A DNA stretch of 64,000 nucleotides from Hydrurus foetidus. Its lineage: Eukaryota. This document shows positions 12,402 through 27,218 of this stretch, piece by piece. Location: contig UYFQ01000853.1 of the NCBI GenBank assembly GCA_900617105.1, forward strand, positions 1 to 64,000. The letters run 5' to 3'. Position numbers and translations under genes: made by a program. The stretch's first letter is position 1. The number at the start of each line of letters is the position of its first letter. The notes beneath the pieces are model-generated. The model did no database searches, was not told the DNA's origin, and saw nothing but the letters and a program-made list of their open reading frames with translations.

Positions 12402-15380
12402 TCAAATTCTTGGTGATCTACTACGAAAAACAATCTCTGAATAAGATGATGGTGAATTGCTATCATCGCAATTGCCTGATGAGTTGGGTGTTCTACAATG
12501 TAAACCCAATCTACTGTTATTCCCTACGATTTTCTCAATCACACCACATCCTGAACCCTTCGATTCCGAATCAGAACTTTGATCTGTAAGTCTGATGATT
12601 TCATTTTTCATTTCTTTTGTTATTGATACTTTTAATCCGTCATTTTCAATCTTTGGGTCTGACTCGCTGTTGTTGATTTGATTTGACTTTAGAGGTGTGC
12701 TATTATTCATCAACTTTTCGACACTTTCTCTACACGAGATCAGTTTTAATTTTTTATTTCCTTTTCCATGCAGGTATTTATTGAACAAGCACTGTAGCGT
12801 AATCATCCAAATAATAAATGCCGCACTTGCGATATAATACGGTATATCTACCGGTAATCGAAGTACACTATATTTCTCATATTCTCCTCTCATTATCCCC
12901 TCTAACGCTACTTTGTGATTTGCAGAATCTTGACCCATGGTCCCTTCTTTATCCGGTTTATTTTGCAGTGATCTTTTGAGTATTAAATTATGCGGAGTTT
13001 GTGTGAGTGTGTTAATCCCCCTGAGGGCTAGAGATGGTGGTCTTCTTTGATTTTGTTGTGTGATTATTGAGTCGTACGTGTATGGCGTGTTGTCTCCTGT
13101 GAACTGATCGAAAATATCCTGTGATAAATATACAGCGAAACGAATTAAAATACGAAATAGAATCAGAGTCAATGTATAACTAGATCGTTTAGATAGATTT
13201 GTGAATATGTGCGAGTACAGTGCAGACATCAGTTTGCAGGATGTGTAACATATTATATCACATTAGACTGTTTCAATTCAATCGGGAAGTACAGAACCAT
13301 TTATCGCATGTGGACGTAACAATACAGTTAGGCTAAATAAGATTTTAGTAGATCCACGAATGTGTTCATCAAATTAAATGTCATTTCTCATTCCAATTCT
13401 ATTAATGTCTAAAACACTAAAACAATAACTCTAATGAAATAAGTTCATCTAATGTACACACCATAAATATCATTACGTGGTCAAATAAATTGAATTGAAA
13501 TTTGCACTTTTTCTCAACACATCTATCGCGATACTTTATCACAAATCTTTCTCGTAACTGTATTAATAGTTTAGTACGTCAGTAATCAATTACCTTGACT
13601 GTATACGGTGTGTTACCGTTGCTCATATCAAAATTCAAATTCGTGAAAGGGTCCATGCTATTGATGACATCATTCAAATTGCACCCTTCTGCAAACCCTT
13701 CTCTCGGGTAATTGTAATATTTATCTTGATATTCTGTGGGGTGGTTTTTTATCATCCAAGTTTCGAAGTGCCGATCTATATTCGCATGGTGTGCCCAAAA
13801 CCTAATTAATAAGATGTATTGTGTTTAGTGTATCATACTGTAAGTTTCGTATCTGTTATAAAGAAGAATAAATATCATGCGTTTTATTTATCATGTACAT
13901 TAGATATTGTGTATTTCGAATATTAACCCATCACATTCATATATATTACTGAAATTTGTTTCAATTGTTAGAGTGGCTTACCACAAACACTTTCTAGATT
14001 TTTGCGTATTATTTATGGCCTTAATTCGTCAATATCTTAATCTCTAGCATATGTACAAATGTACGATAATATTCGTATACACGACAATATGTCCAACATA
14101 AACTTTCATAAATATTGTAATTCAAAAAAATTTCATCTCATATTTATGATAAATTGATATTATATTTGTTTTAAAATTCGATTAATATTAGAATTTAACG
14201 ATAAATGTAATGCAGTCGCTTACATGGGGTCGTTAGGACTTGCAGCGGGGTCACCCAGATCACCCATAATCTGAATGCTAGACTGGTCAACCAGCACGAT
14301 CAAATTCGTTGAATTCAAATACGCAGCACTTTTCCTTAGGAATGATTGCTGGCCGTTAGAGCCGCTTGTTCTTACGGCTAGATTCGTCCATAGTGGTCCA
14401 CATTCTGCATCAACGTTCTTGGGTATACACATGCAGTTGTCTGAAGACTGGGAGTCATCGCACGTTGGACAATAAAAACAGCCCTTGGAGTAAGGATTCA
14501 CAAATGATCCAAATTTGTATCGAGGTATCATATTGTGATTAACTAGTGTAGGATTTGCTGGCGGTGCAATATATCCAAACCACTGAGTGCAGTGTGGCGA
14601 GTCCATTGTCTGTCCTTCTCTACGCCATGACCCAGCTATGCTGCTGTGTGCAGGCCCGTGGATGTTAGAGTCGACACATGCAGTCCACTCTGATATGTGC
14701 TCTCCAACACCCATGCAATAGTCCCACATGTTAGGGTCACCGAGTCCAATTGAAAACCCGCAGACAGTTCCACCTTTCCTCGTAAGATAAGGGGATTTGT
14801 TGGATGATAGTGGGTGCCTCATATAGCCATATGAGTTCTTCCATATCTTGTCATTTTTCTTTATAGGCCATTTTGCAAACCTACCATTCATTATTGAATA
14901 GTCAGGTGCTTCCCCTGTACTTGACCCAAAATAGCGATCATCAAATATACTGGTGTAATTGCTGGATAATGGTAGCACATCTTTCGTGAAATCCCAGTAC
15001 GGGAGCGCTTCGATTCGTCCATCGATTGACCGCAGTGAGTTCTCAAGCTCAAGTAACCAGGCTCTATGAAAGAGACCAAGTATCGGTCCAAAATGTGCCT
15101 GATCACCCCGGCGATCGAATGCTGCCATTCAACGAGTACAATCAAATACAGTGCTTCAAATATTAAGTTGGTATCAGCATCATGACATCAAGGCACAACC
15201 TGCAACCATATGCTTCGATATCATTGAATCGTACGATACGAAGTGTGATCCATAGTAGAGCTTTCCATCCGCATCACTCGTGACTTTCATTATCCAGAGA
15301 GCTCTGACGACATGATACCATTCGGATTCCGATAGATCCCTTATTTCCTTCCGGACTCGATTCATGAGAGGGCTACTCAT
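12402..15380 (-). CDS. Tyrosinase / type-3 copper protein with C-terminal transmembrane segment (spliced)
   Basis: RVRKEIRDLS, AHFGP..FHRAWLLELE, LPYWDF, HGPAH, SPNDPM|FWAHHANIDR; hydrophobic YYIASAAFIIWMITLQCLF; exons ~15201-15380, 14222-15130, 13595-13801, 12402-13119. Confidence 0.85.
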
Positions 15381-15930
15381 CAGTAGAATGAGGCGTGATC
15401 ACTAACAGCGAACGTTGGGAGCCTCAAACTGGATAGCAATGATTGAATGTGACCTCTAACTTCATTCTCAAATTGAAGTGTAGCGGAAAATTATTTTCAT
15501 GGCATTATTTTAATTTTTAATTCGAGTATGGATCCAGGATCCATCAGCTATACGGTACCAAAAAATTCGAAAAACGTATGTACATGTGTACGTTTGGGAA
15601 TTGTCATTTAGCATCATCTTCTTCATAAAATTTACCAACCCAACCCAACATCTCCTGATCTTTGAACGTTTGAGAAACGCATTAGCACAGAAAGCTGGTT
15701 GGAATCACGAGACTCACCGACTGACTCTGTTAATTGAATCGAGATCACTACTTCTGCGAGAAGCGTCTCTAAATAAAATTTGCAACAGAAAGTCGATCAA
15801 ATTAAGCTCTCAAGTAAGTTAAATATCTTAAATTGTTGCAAGTGGTCTCTCGACGCCTCAATAACCGAGCACAATTGAGGATATTGTGGACCGTACTAAC
15901 TCTTATATTTCATTTGTCTACAACAGAACG

Positions 15931-18900
15931 ATGAAAAAAGCTACGGGTAACGACTCCAAATTTTTTACAACAAATAGAAAGGGAGAGAATCATGAATTGA
16001 GAGAAGAACTACGCAGCCCCCAGCGTGATCGCAAAAGAGATGCCGTAAAGAAGGTCAACTTTGTCAACTTGTATTTTGCGGTTTGGAACTTTTATTAGAA
16101 GCATAAGAGCTGATCTCCGGTTGCTCTCCGCCTTCCTGGTCATTCATAGGTTATCGCAAACATGACAGTTGGAAAGGATGTCTCCACACTATTTCCCGAT
16201 GTCATCAACTGCATCCAGACAGGTGAAAGTCAGGCATATGGAGGCTATTGTTTATTTGCTTGCCAGCTTACCGCCTCTGCATGTAGGAACCGTCTTTCGA
16301 TTTATTAATTCGATCGGACATTTATCAAAATTAGATAATCTGGAACTCAAGAAACTGGTCTATCTTTATTTGATCAACTACGCGAAGACTCAACCTGATC
16401 TTGCTCTCTTAGCCGTCAACACTTTCGTGAAGGATGCCAACGATCCAGTGAGTTCATTTTGATTTAATTTTTAGCAATCTTCGTTCCACGATACTAATGC
16501 CATTATTTCGCACCGAACCATGCAAGAGTTCATGTCATCAATTTATGTCAGAATCTATGTATATCATGAGATTCTTGCTCATTTCTAATGATCCTGTCGA
16601 ACTCACTAGTACGTACAAGAATGCAAGAATGCTATGTTCTGTCATCATTAGTCTACTCATCACATCAAGAAATTTAACTCCATTTTTTACGCTTCAGAAT
16701 CCCCTTATCAGAGCTCTGGCGATTCGCACTATGGGTTGCATCCGCGTTGAGAAAATCACTGAATATCTTTGTGAGCCACTAAGTCGCTGTCTCAAAGACG
16801 AGGTGATGATTATTGATAATTTCATACAATGAAAATTAGTGAACAGAGAAATTAGCTCACGAACACGTATGATCCCTCAGAAGATTGCGTACATGACGCA
16901 CTATATATTTGATTTGCGTCTTCTAATTAATTCAGGATCCGTACGTGAGGAAGACTGCAGCTGTGTGTGTCGCGAAACTGTACGACATCTCCCCAGGTGC
17001 GTACGTCACATAACCACATGACTTGAACTGCAGAATAATTATTATTTTGTTATTGACAAGTAGATTTAATTGGAGGAACTCATCATCTTAAAGTTTTGAC
17101 GTATTGTTGCAATTCAAAAGAATGCTGGTCACTTTGTCATTCTGATGTTGTTCGCGGCTCCATGAAACTCATCTACCTAACTTTCTTAACATTTCTTTCG
17201 ATTATAGAGCTTGTTGAAGACAGAGGATTTCTAGAAATTCTGCATGACCTCATTTCAGACGCCAATCCTACTGTGGTACGTACGTGCGTAAGAATGTGTA
17301 TGGAACATTGTCCTGAGTTTTTTTTGTGGCATTTGGAATGAGAAGCGCCCTCACGTATTGATATTCTTCTGCGTAAATGTTGCTCTCTTTACTTGACAGC
17401 TGATGCATTTTAATTCGATCAAAATAAATGAAAGGTGCTGTTCTCATTAGATCAAATCGCCACTCACATGTTGTTACTTCACATTCTAGGTGGCAAATGC
17501 CGTAGCCGCTTTAACGGAAATAGCCGAAACTTCCGGTAAGATAAATCATCCATTATCCGCCTGTACATGATACTGAATGCACGTATCCCTTTTGACGCTG
17601 GCAGATTATTTTTCGCATTTTTAATGTGTAGTATTACATTTTTTCTATTGCATTAATCAATACTTCTGCCCTGCTAGCAATAGTCTGTTATAGCATGCTA
17701 CGCATCGAATACGTCATTGCGATGTATGCTCATATTTATATATACTACTCCCATCTATTCTGTTTCCTATATTTATTTCAACTTTTGCTCCTATTCCTAT
17801 TCCTATTTTCGATTTTTTCCCAGGCAAGAGCGTGATGAACGTCACTGCGGGTGTTCTGCAGAAGCTACTCGCAGCCCTCAACGAATGCACTGAGTGGGTA
17901 CGTACGTACGTGTGTTAATATCCTGTTTTATTTCCCTCTCTTCAAAACGTGTCAGAGAAAAAGTACTTTCTTTTTGTACTAAAATCAGGGAGAGGGAACT
18001 GCAGTGCATTTCTTACGTTGTACATGAAAAATGTCCTTGACAATTTGTCGCAAGTGAACTTATTATTACAACACAGTCCACTAATTTATTTCGTTTCATA
18101 CTAAATGCAGTACTAATTTCACACCACATACTTTTTAGGGTCAAGTATTTATCCTCGACTCCCTGTCAAGCTACACGCCTCTCGACAGCAGGGAAGCAGA
18201 AGGAATCATCGAAAGAGTTGCCCCTAGACTCCAACATGCCAACTCCGCTGTAGTGATGTCAGCTGTGAGAATTATCCTCAAATATATGGATGAAATAACA
18301 AATCAAGACACTCTCAGACTATTTTCGAAAAAACTAACACCACCTCTAGTGACTCTGTTGAACTCCGAGCCGGAAATACAGTACGTTGCACTCCGAAACA
18401 TAAATCTTATCGTGCAAAAACGTCCTAAAATTTTAGAGCATGAAATTAAAGTTTTCTTTTGCAAATACAATGATCCTATCTACGTGAAAATGGAGAAACT
18501 GGAGATTGTTATTCGCTTGGCCAGCATCAATAATATCGATCAGGTACACCATTTCTTTTTCTGTCGTTGTGAAATTTTATTACTATCGTCACTCTTCATG
18601 TTATACTAGTTTTTAACATACGAAGCAGTATGTGCGAAACGCGAACAATTGATTATCACACTCCCCACTTATCTATACATCCTTCTCCTCTTCTTCTCCT
18701 TCTTCTTCTTCTTCTCCTTTTTTTATATCCCTTTTTATATCCCTTTTTCTTCGCCTCAGGTGTTACTGGAGCTCAAGGAATATGCCACTGAAGTGGATGT
18801 GGACTTCGTCAGAAAGGTAAAATAATAAAATAAAACATGCATACACAGCACTGCTCATGCGTGATAAGCGTCTTCATGTAATAAGTTGGGAACGCCTCTG

Positions 18901-21900
18901 AGAATCACGAAAATGTACCAGTAATCGTAGATTTTATTCACGACAATCACTTCAAAAATTGACTACAATATGTTGACAAGATCCGTTGTTCATGAAACAG
19001 CAAATGACTCATTCACTGATTTCCAACACCGTAATATCCGCGTAATGTCACAGGCTGTACGTGCCATTGGTCGGTGTGCCATCAAGCTGGACAGTGCGGC
19101 AGAGAGGTGCATCAACGTCCTTCTCGACCTCATACAGACTAAGGTGAGAGAGCGAGTTGGTGACGGATAGAGAGAGAGTGTGTGTGTTTGTAAAGTAGAT
19201 GTTAGGGAGGGGGTGTTGAAGAGAGGGTGTGTGAGGTAGTGAATGACCTTGGCACATGCACTAAGGAAGCATGAAGTGGGATGAAGAAGAAGAATTTACT
19301 CTTTGCTTTGCAACCTTGATATTACTGCGGTGTAACGATCAGTGCATTATCTACTACGCTCTGTTCCGTACATAACTTTTTATTATACCGTATGACACAG
19401 CACACCCACTGCATACCCTGTAAAAGGTCAGTACGCTCATTTCTAAAGTTTACCGTGTACTGTATATCATATTGCGTATCCGGTATAGGTCAATTACGTT
19501 GTGCAAGAAGCCATCGTTGTGATCAAAGACATCTTCAGAAAATATCCCAACAGGTACGCTACAATTAAATCCGCTCCACCATTTGTTAAATGTAGCAAAA
19601 CTGATGTTACAACTAATTCTACCGATAATTTCACTTAACTCTTTTAATTCCTACGCTCTACTATATGTGTGCTTTTTTATAAGCGATATTGTAAAAAATG
19701 AATTAGCGAATTATGGTACCTGCTGTAGACATGGACTCAAAATAGTTTCCCTCAACATTTACATTGTAACTCTCTCATCTCCTACGATGATCTTCTTATT
19801 TTGGAATCTGCACCCAAGGTACGAGAGCATCATCGCGACCCTCTGTGAGAATCTCGAAGATTTGGACGAACCTGAGGTAAGAGAAGGACAGATAAGTTAA
19901 GGAATGAGATATAACGAAAGAAAAACCAAGGAAATAAGAGGAGAATGGAAAAGAAAAAGAGGAGAAAATGAAAGGAAGGAATAGAGAGGCTTAAGATTAG
20001 AAAAAATGCTGTGGGAGCGATGAGAGAATATACGCAACAGTAAATAGGAGGGAGGAAATATGTGGGCAATGAGAATGGTGAAAAGAACGGAAGAGAAGGA
20101 AGAGGGCAGAAAAGAAGGAGAAGATGTAAGTGAATGGGGGAGTAGAGAAATGATACGAGAAGAAAAGAAAAAAGAAATTTTGAAATCTTTTTCTTTTTCT
20201 GCTTTTCATTGCTTTGAGTACGTGTCTCACCCATCCCTAACCTAATATCACTATTACTTCTCCGTAAGATAATTGCCGCTCTTTACTATCCCTTTCTCTT
20301 CAGGCCAAAGCCTCTATGATTTGGATCATCGGAGAGTACGCAGAGCGTATAGACAATGCTGACGAACTCTTGGAATCATTCCTGGGTACGTATGCACGTG
20401 TTTGGCGTACGCACAGTGCGGCACAGTACTTGATGATGAAGGCTAACTGTGAGTGTTCTATCTGTAATCAAATCGTGTGAACAAATTGAAATTATTATGG
20501 TGTGCAGTAAGATTTACTTCAGTTGTCATTTTATGAAGATATGCATTGTCAATCCAAACGTTATTTAATGTATGGTTAAACACACAGTATCAAGCCGTAA
20601 ATCTCCCCGTTCTTGCTTTTGCTGAATTTTCTGTACTGTACTGTACTGTACTGTACTGTACTGTACTATATGCAAATTAATGCACTTGTGTTTTCAACTT
20701 CTACCCTCCACTACACAACGAATAACACCGTATTTCACCGTATTCCCTCCACACGAACAGAGTCCTTCGTTGAGGAGACTTCTATGGTGCAGCTCCAGCT
20801 ACTCACAGCCACAGTCAAGCTGTTCCTTAAACAGCCAGAGACATCACAGGTGCGTATTAAAATGATCTATTCTGTGCCTCATTTTGTTGACATCTGATTT
20901 GTTTTTATCTAGATTGTTCTTTTTTATATAAGTGCTCTTGCCTCTTACTTCATCTCTTTTCTTTTTCGTCTTTTATTTCATTATTCCCGGAATGAGATTA
21001 CTTAAATAACTTTATTCTAGTGCATAATTCTGGCATGCGTCACTAACCCTATTGCACTGGCCGACTTCTCTTCGTGATGACGATACACTTGACACTCACA
21101 CCACATTGAATTGTCATGCAAGTACAAAAATAAAACACCACAGCACAAGCATCACCTCCACTCTCTCAACATTTCTCAACACATTCTTCTCAACGCACAC
21201 ATTCGTACGTGCATCACAGGAGATGGTGCAGCGTGTGTTGAACATGGCCACAGAAGAGAGCGACAATCCAGACCTCAGAGATCGGTTAGTGATCTTTAAG
21301 AGTGAAGTAAAGAACATAAATTTGAAATGCTCTTGATAGTATTAAATACGGTCTTTATTTCTCTTTCTTGTTTGTGTTCTGAGACAGCCCGTACTTATGT
21401 TTTTAGTTCGATGATTCTAATTTGCTGTGTTGTGTTGGTATAATATTGCAGTCATTCTAGTGCACATTGTTAGGATAAATAGTCCTGATTAGTTGCTTCG
21501 TAATGTAGGTCACAACTTGCCGTGTCAAAATCTTACTGATCTGTTTCTTTCTTCTCTCCTTCTCCCTATCTTCACCACGTCTCTCTCATGCACCACTCCA
21601 ATTGTCCCTCTCATCCTTATCCTTCGCATAACACGCCCTTCTTCACTTCCTCACATTCTCTATACCTTCCTCAACTTCTCACTTCTCATACGTCTATGAC
21701 CTTGAACTTCGAATTCCCCAATATTGCTTACTCTTACTCAGCGGTTATGTGTACTGGCGTCTGCTGTCATCCGATCCCGAAGCCGCAAGAGCCGTTGTAC
21801 TCAGCGACAAACCAGAGGTAAGTTCCGTTCCATTCCGGCATAAAGATATTCCTAGAGGAATTTATTTGCTGACATAGTTGTTCAGAGAGCTTTGTAGTGT

Positions 21901-24900
21901 TTTTAATGGACAGTAAACACTTCGCAATTTCTCGCATATACGCATAGTCTAGAACAAATACACGTCTTAACATAACTATATCAGTCACATCAAGATTTCA
22001 TTGAAGTAAGCTCCCTTACTCCCTGCAAACACCTACTCATTCCAGTAGCCCTTTGCCACTCGCACTCTCTCACACACCCTCCTTTCAACTCACTCACTCA
22101 CCCTATCCCTCCCTCTTTCTCTCACATACACACCCATCCTCTCGCCCATCCCGTCCCTTCAGATTGGAGATGACACGTTCCAGCTGGATCCCTCACTACT
22201 AGAGGACCTCACAGCACAGATCGCATCACTCGCATCTATATACCACAAACCAGGTGCGTACGTCATGTACTGTAATGAGGTGACGTGAGGTGATGAAGGA
22301 CTGGACTTTATATCCTAGCAATTTCGCTCGTTTTCTTCCTCTACTTGACAGCATCTTATTTCCGTTTTATTGCTTTTGCTAATCATTGTCACTCGAAAGA
22401 TTCCTCATCATTATCTTTTACAATTTCTTTTCTCCTTCCAGCGGAGGCTTTCGTGATGAAGACTTTCCACCACACAGCACCCGAAGAAGAGGTAAACCCA
22501 GTCTTTATGTTCCCTACATATCCTGCCCAATCATTCTAATCACCAACATTATATTTATTTAATTATTCATCTAGAGGCATTTATATCTTCTTCCTTGTCA
22601 GCCTCTCATTCACCATTTTCCACATATTTTCGTATTCTTCTCTCCAACGAATTTTGGGTTTTCATCTCACAAGATAAATGGTGATAATAGAGTAAAATAT
22701 CCCATACCTGTCATTCTCTACCTCTTCACTACTTCTTAATTATTCCTTAGGAGGACGTTGAAGAAGAAGCTCTAGGCGAAGGCGGAACGGAAAGTGAATC
22801 TCCAGCTGGTGCGTACGTGACGTGCATGTGTGTGTGCGTTAAGTGTGGAATGCCCATGTTAGAAAGCCATCGTAGTCGTAGAACTCTTCCTAAAATCCCC
22901 CATTTCTCTCTCTGCCGAACATGCCTGCAACCTGTTTGCTCCCATCAATACACATGCACATCCTAGGTGTAGCGTCTTCTCGATGCTTTCGTAATTTGAC
23001 ACATGATTTCCTCTTACTCTTCTCTTCTTCTCCCTATTTTCTTTCTCCTTCTCTTCGTATTCCACTCAGATGGTCAGAGTTACAGCAACTATGGAGGTGG
23101 AGGAGGGGATCTGCTTGACTTGATGGACGATGAGCCTTCCCCTGTCTCAACTCAGATATCACAGAACAACACATCAGGTATAATGATTGATTTGATCTAG
23201 TCAATCCATATGTGTTGTGCTGCATTTCGCTGCTCAAACTAAAATTTGAAACGACCGAACATTCGAAAAATTTCATGTGACAGAACATCTTCTGATCTTA
23301 TTTTCTTTTTCCTCAGGCCCCAAGAAAGTTCAGCTTGTAACATCGGAAGTCGGTAACGGTGTTTTCATTTCCGGTGTAATGACCAAAGTTAACGGCCAAC
23401 CTGCATTGCTCCTTGATATAGGTACGGAAAATGTTAAACATCTTGGGCACCAATTTGCTATTTTTTAGACTTATTCATTCATCCCCTCACTACTCTCTAT
23501 CCTCTCCTCTTCTCTCCTCTCTCCCCCATCAACTCCTCAATTCCACTTATGTATGTAGGGAACAACACCAGCACTCCTTTAACCGGGCTGGCCGTACAGT
23601 TGAACAAGAGCATATTCGGCCTAGTCCCGGTTAATCCACAGATCTCTTTACCGCAAGCCGTGTCGAACGGAAGGTAAACAATCTTGCGTTGATACGTATA
23701 CACAGGACCTTACATACGCCCTCTAGGGAGTGTTCCATGTAGTGTGTCTAGTGCTTATTCACATAGGATCCCTAAGTAGAGAAAGGGTATAAGCCCTACA
23801 TAACACCACAAAAACAAACAGCTTATCTCACAGCTATCAATCTCATTTCACATTATCTCAGATGCTGTACTTGCACCTAATTATGTCATATCATGTCAAA
23901 TCTCCAACTCCATAATACTACGCCTCAGGGATTTGTTCTCTTTCGCATGTTGTCATTCGCATCACAATCTATACTCCAATCCCCACCTCAGCACCAATTT
24001 CATTCCTGCCTCACTTATCACCTCGCTTCATCTCTTTCCCATCTCCAGTGTGTGTTCTATCACATTCCCTCTATCTGTCTCCCCCGGCATGGTCAATCCT
24101 CAAGACGCATCCATGATCGTTCAAGCTGCTATCAAGAACACAACTACAAGTGCTGTGTTCTACTTCGGAATTCCAGTGGCAATGGAGGTGAGTTTTGATG
24201 CAGCACTGTAGGAGTTGCCATGATTCGCAAGCCTGACATTTCTTCAAGGGTACTGCGGATTAGGATCTTAATCCAATCGGCTGATGGCTTCCATATGATG
24301 AACAGCTCTGCATCATAAGTATAATTCTCTGCTAATGTGATTCCATTAGCAGCCTCGTCTACCCTCCCCCCTCATCTTTTCTCTCCCCTTCTCTACTCTC
24401 CTCGCCACCTCGCCCACATTCCTTTTCTCTAGGTCATGTTTGCTGCTAAACCAGCGATGGAGATTGCTGCCCTTGTCCCTGCTTGGAAAGAAATAGACGC
24501 TTCCCAAGAAGCATCTGTCGTCATCAACGGTACGTACGTGCGTGTGCTATGAAGTAATGACGTATGTACTAGCATATTGTTTGTGTCTGCGCACTCTCGC
24601 AGATAAGAGGAGAACGACCTGTCTGATATCGAGGAGAACCTTCATCCCTCGTAGTGAGGGTCTCTATTTCTATCAATATACAGTCAAATCGCGATACTCC
24701 TCCATGATGTGCAACGTATTTCAACATACGTACTTCTTATCATATTATCTTATAACATCTCTACATTCCTCTCAGATTTACCTACCGTTGATGTTGAGAG
24801 AATTAAATCGAAATTGGCCGGGCATAACGTAAACTTCGTTGCTAAGAGGGACGTACCCGGTGCTGACGGCCAACCACAATCGGCCGTGTATTTTTCATGC

Positions 24901-25044
24901 ACAACATTTTCCAACAATTCCTTTTTGCTTGAGTTGAAATTCAAGAGTGGAATGAATCTATGCAAAGCAACAGTTAAGAGCTCCAACAAAAGTCTATCAG
25001 AGCATTGCAAAACAGCGATTGCGAAAATTTTGATGATGGCTTAA
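15931..25044 (+). CDS. AP-1/AP-2 adaptor complex beta subunit (beta-adaptin), more than 20 exons
   Basis: [65 protein letters not shown]-terminal appendage domain. Confidence 0.95.
20631..20665. repeat. (CTGTA)7 intronic microsatellite
   Basis: Read directly from sequence. Confidence 0.9.
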
Positions 25045-25774
25045 AAATCATTTTGTGTTTGCTCTAAATTTTTCAAACACTGTGAAATATAGCCCGGGGA
25101 TCTTACTTTCATGATATAAGAAAGAAAAGGAAAATGAAAAAGTCTACTCGTAGGTACAATATTACAAATACAGTAAACGACTTAATTTCAGATGAGGTAT
25201 ACATGCTTCTTGATGCGGGAAATGTGCAACTTTCGCGATCTAAATTAAATCGATTTCATAATTATTCCTGGTCTCTTTTTTGTAACTTTGTCGGAACAAT
25301 GAACAGAACAACTTGAAGTACGCACCTGGGAGATTACCGTACTAATTATTACGACTAGAGAAGGTTACTGCACCACACATGCCTTTGCTGCACCACACAT
25401 GTTCGGCAAAGATTGTTGCGAAATTCATTCATTTATTTATGCTCAGTATGAAGCTTTTAGAAAATGGAAGGGTGAACTTGGTGAGGGAATTTACATCGTT
25501 TACAGTATTTGCGAAGTAACGAGTAAGTAATAAGGATAAGCCTGACTGCGCTTTATGCGATATCTAATGTTAAATGCAGCAAAGTAAATGTAGAACAGCT
25601 GTCAAACGGCTATGTGATCGCCTACTACGTTTTCCTCGATTGAAATAAAAGTTCATCTGCACGCTCGTAGCTAGAACACCACTTAGCGCCCAGTTATTCA
25701 ATCTTTACAAATAACGATACAAAAGCCTCCAATGCGTAGTGAAGTGTTTTCTTGGATTCCTCCATTTTCAGCTT

Positions 25775-26723
25775 TTAAGGGTTGAGCATTTTCATGTCCC
25801 AGAATGATTTTCCGCCCTCTTCCTTCATCAACTTATGCATGCGCCTGCTTTGACCATGTCCATTACCTCCCAACTGAAGATGATCAACTGAGTTCGATAT
25901 CATTGTTTAGGTATTAGGGACTTGCGCACTGACAATGATAGGAAAATTCAGTGACAGATTTGGAATATTCACCTGATATTGGGTCCACAAGAATCAAGTT
26001 AAAGCAGTCAGGAGGAGGTGTTTTATCCTTCGAAGGCTCCTCTTCTCCAGTTTTCCTCTCAGCACGTAAAGCACGAACAGTTTCTGGGTCTGGAATGATA
26101 GGAATAAATTTCTTGCCTAATTTTGCCGAAGATTCTAACTTTGTTTCTGCCGCGGACTCTGTCACAGATTTTGAGTGTGGAGTGGAACTTCTGATAGCTC
26201 TACTTGTATCTGTACTGCTAGTGACCTTCCCTTTTTCTTCCACCAAATCTCCAGGATTGCCGGGAAAAAAAAAGGGCGCACGAGCACCGTCGCTCAATCC
26301 ATTCCACAACTGAACTCTTAATTTAGAAGCTCTCGAATCTTCAGTTGTAATACCAATACTCGTACCGTAGCCTTTAATTCGAAATTGATCCTTATCCTTT
26401 GTCAAATACCAGCAGAGCTCGACTTTGTTGCACCTTTCTAGATCTGTTATCTTCTGGCTTCGACTATCGGAGATAAATTTGAGATATGTCTTGTCATCCT
26501 GAATATGAAATCCACGAAAGACGACTGTTCTAGCTGAAGGCCAACTGTCTTCTCCAAGAGTCGTGAATGTGATGTATTTCGATTCTACGACTCTTTTGTT
26601 TTTTACGATGATGTCCTTCAGGCTGGTTTCCCACGTATTCATTGTGAGGCAAAACGCAGTCCTCAATGAGGAAAAACACAGCAATATTGCCGCTAGAGCA
26701 CTACGGATGCAGAAAGCGGACAT
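25775..26723 (-). CDS. Pyridoxamine 5'-phosphate oxidase-like FMN-binding protein with signal peptide
   Basis: PSARTVVFRGF, SDSRSQKI, VELCWY..QFRIKG, PPDCFNLILVDP; last exon ~25775-25888 (VDHLQL...MLNP). Confidence 0.82.
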
Positions 26724-26740
26724 TTGCTCATCTTCTTGTC

Positions 26741-26995
26741 TGACGCGGAGGCGTTACTCTGACGTTACGACATCACGAACGTCTACCAGTCACAGCAACA
26801 TGATGTTGGAACAAAACTCTCGAACAAACCTCAACCCTCAATCCGAAGTGACCGCAGCAGGGGGTTGCGTAAAAAAATAATGACGCATCGCACACGTATG
26901 TGGTAGACGTGCGGTACGCACGTGAAGACCCGCCCTCAGTGTTGAATGCATTCCTGAGTCAGTTTCAGAACATAGTCAGTCCACTGTGTGCGTCA
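26741..26995. promoter_or_regulatory. Cluster of bZIP-type boxes (TGACGT/TGACGC, CACGTG, TGAGTCA) in a divergent promoter
   Basis: TGACGC 26741, TGACGT 26760, TGACGC 26881, CACGTG 26919, TGAGTCA 26955, TGCGTCA 26989. Confidence 0.5.
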
Positions 26996-27218
26996 CTCAC
27001 TTTTCACTTCGCAGGCAAGTAACCTTTGATTTGCTACTGCGCATCTTTCCTTGGAAAACACTCCCTACTCGTTGCGTTCCTCACTCCTCTCGCCTCATCC
27101 TACAGTTGCATGGAAGCAGATTCAACTCATTCTGATAAAGAGATCACCATAAAATATGTGATGAGTGAGTCGCGAAGCAAAGAAGATCCACGCAGATAAT
27201 ATCGCTCCTCAAACCACC

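Noticed and set aside
19876..20240. Purine-rich tract with a Phe/Leu-rich antisense ORF
   Set aside because: Low-complexity intron of beta-adaptin
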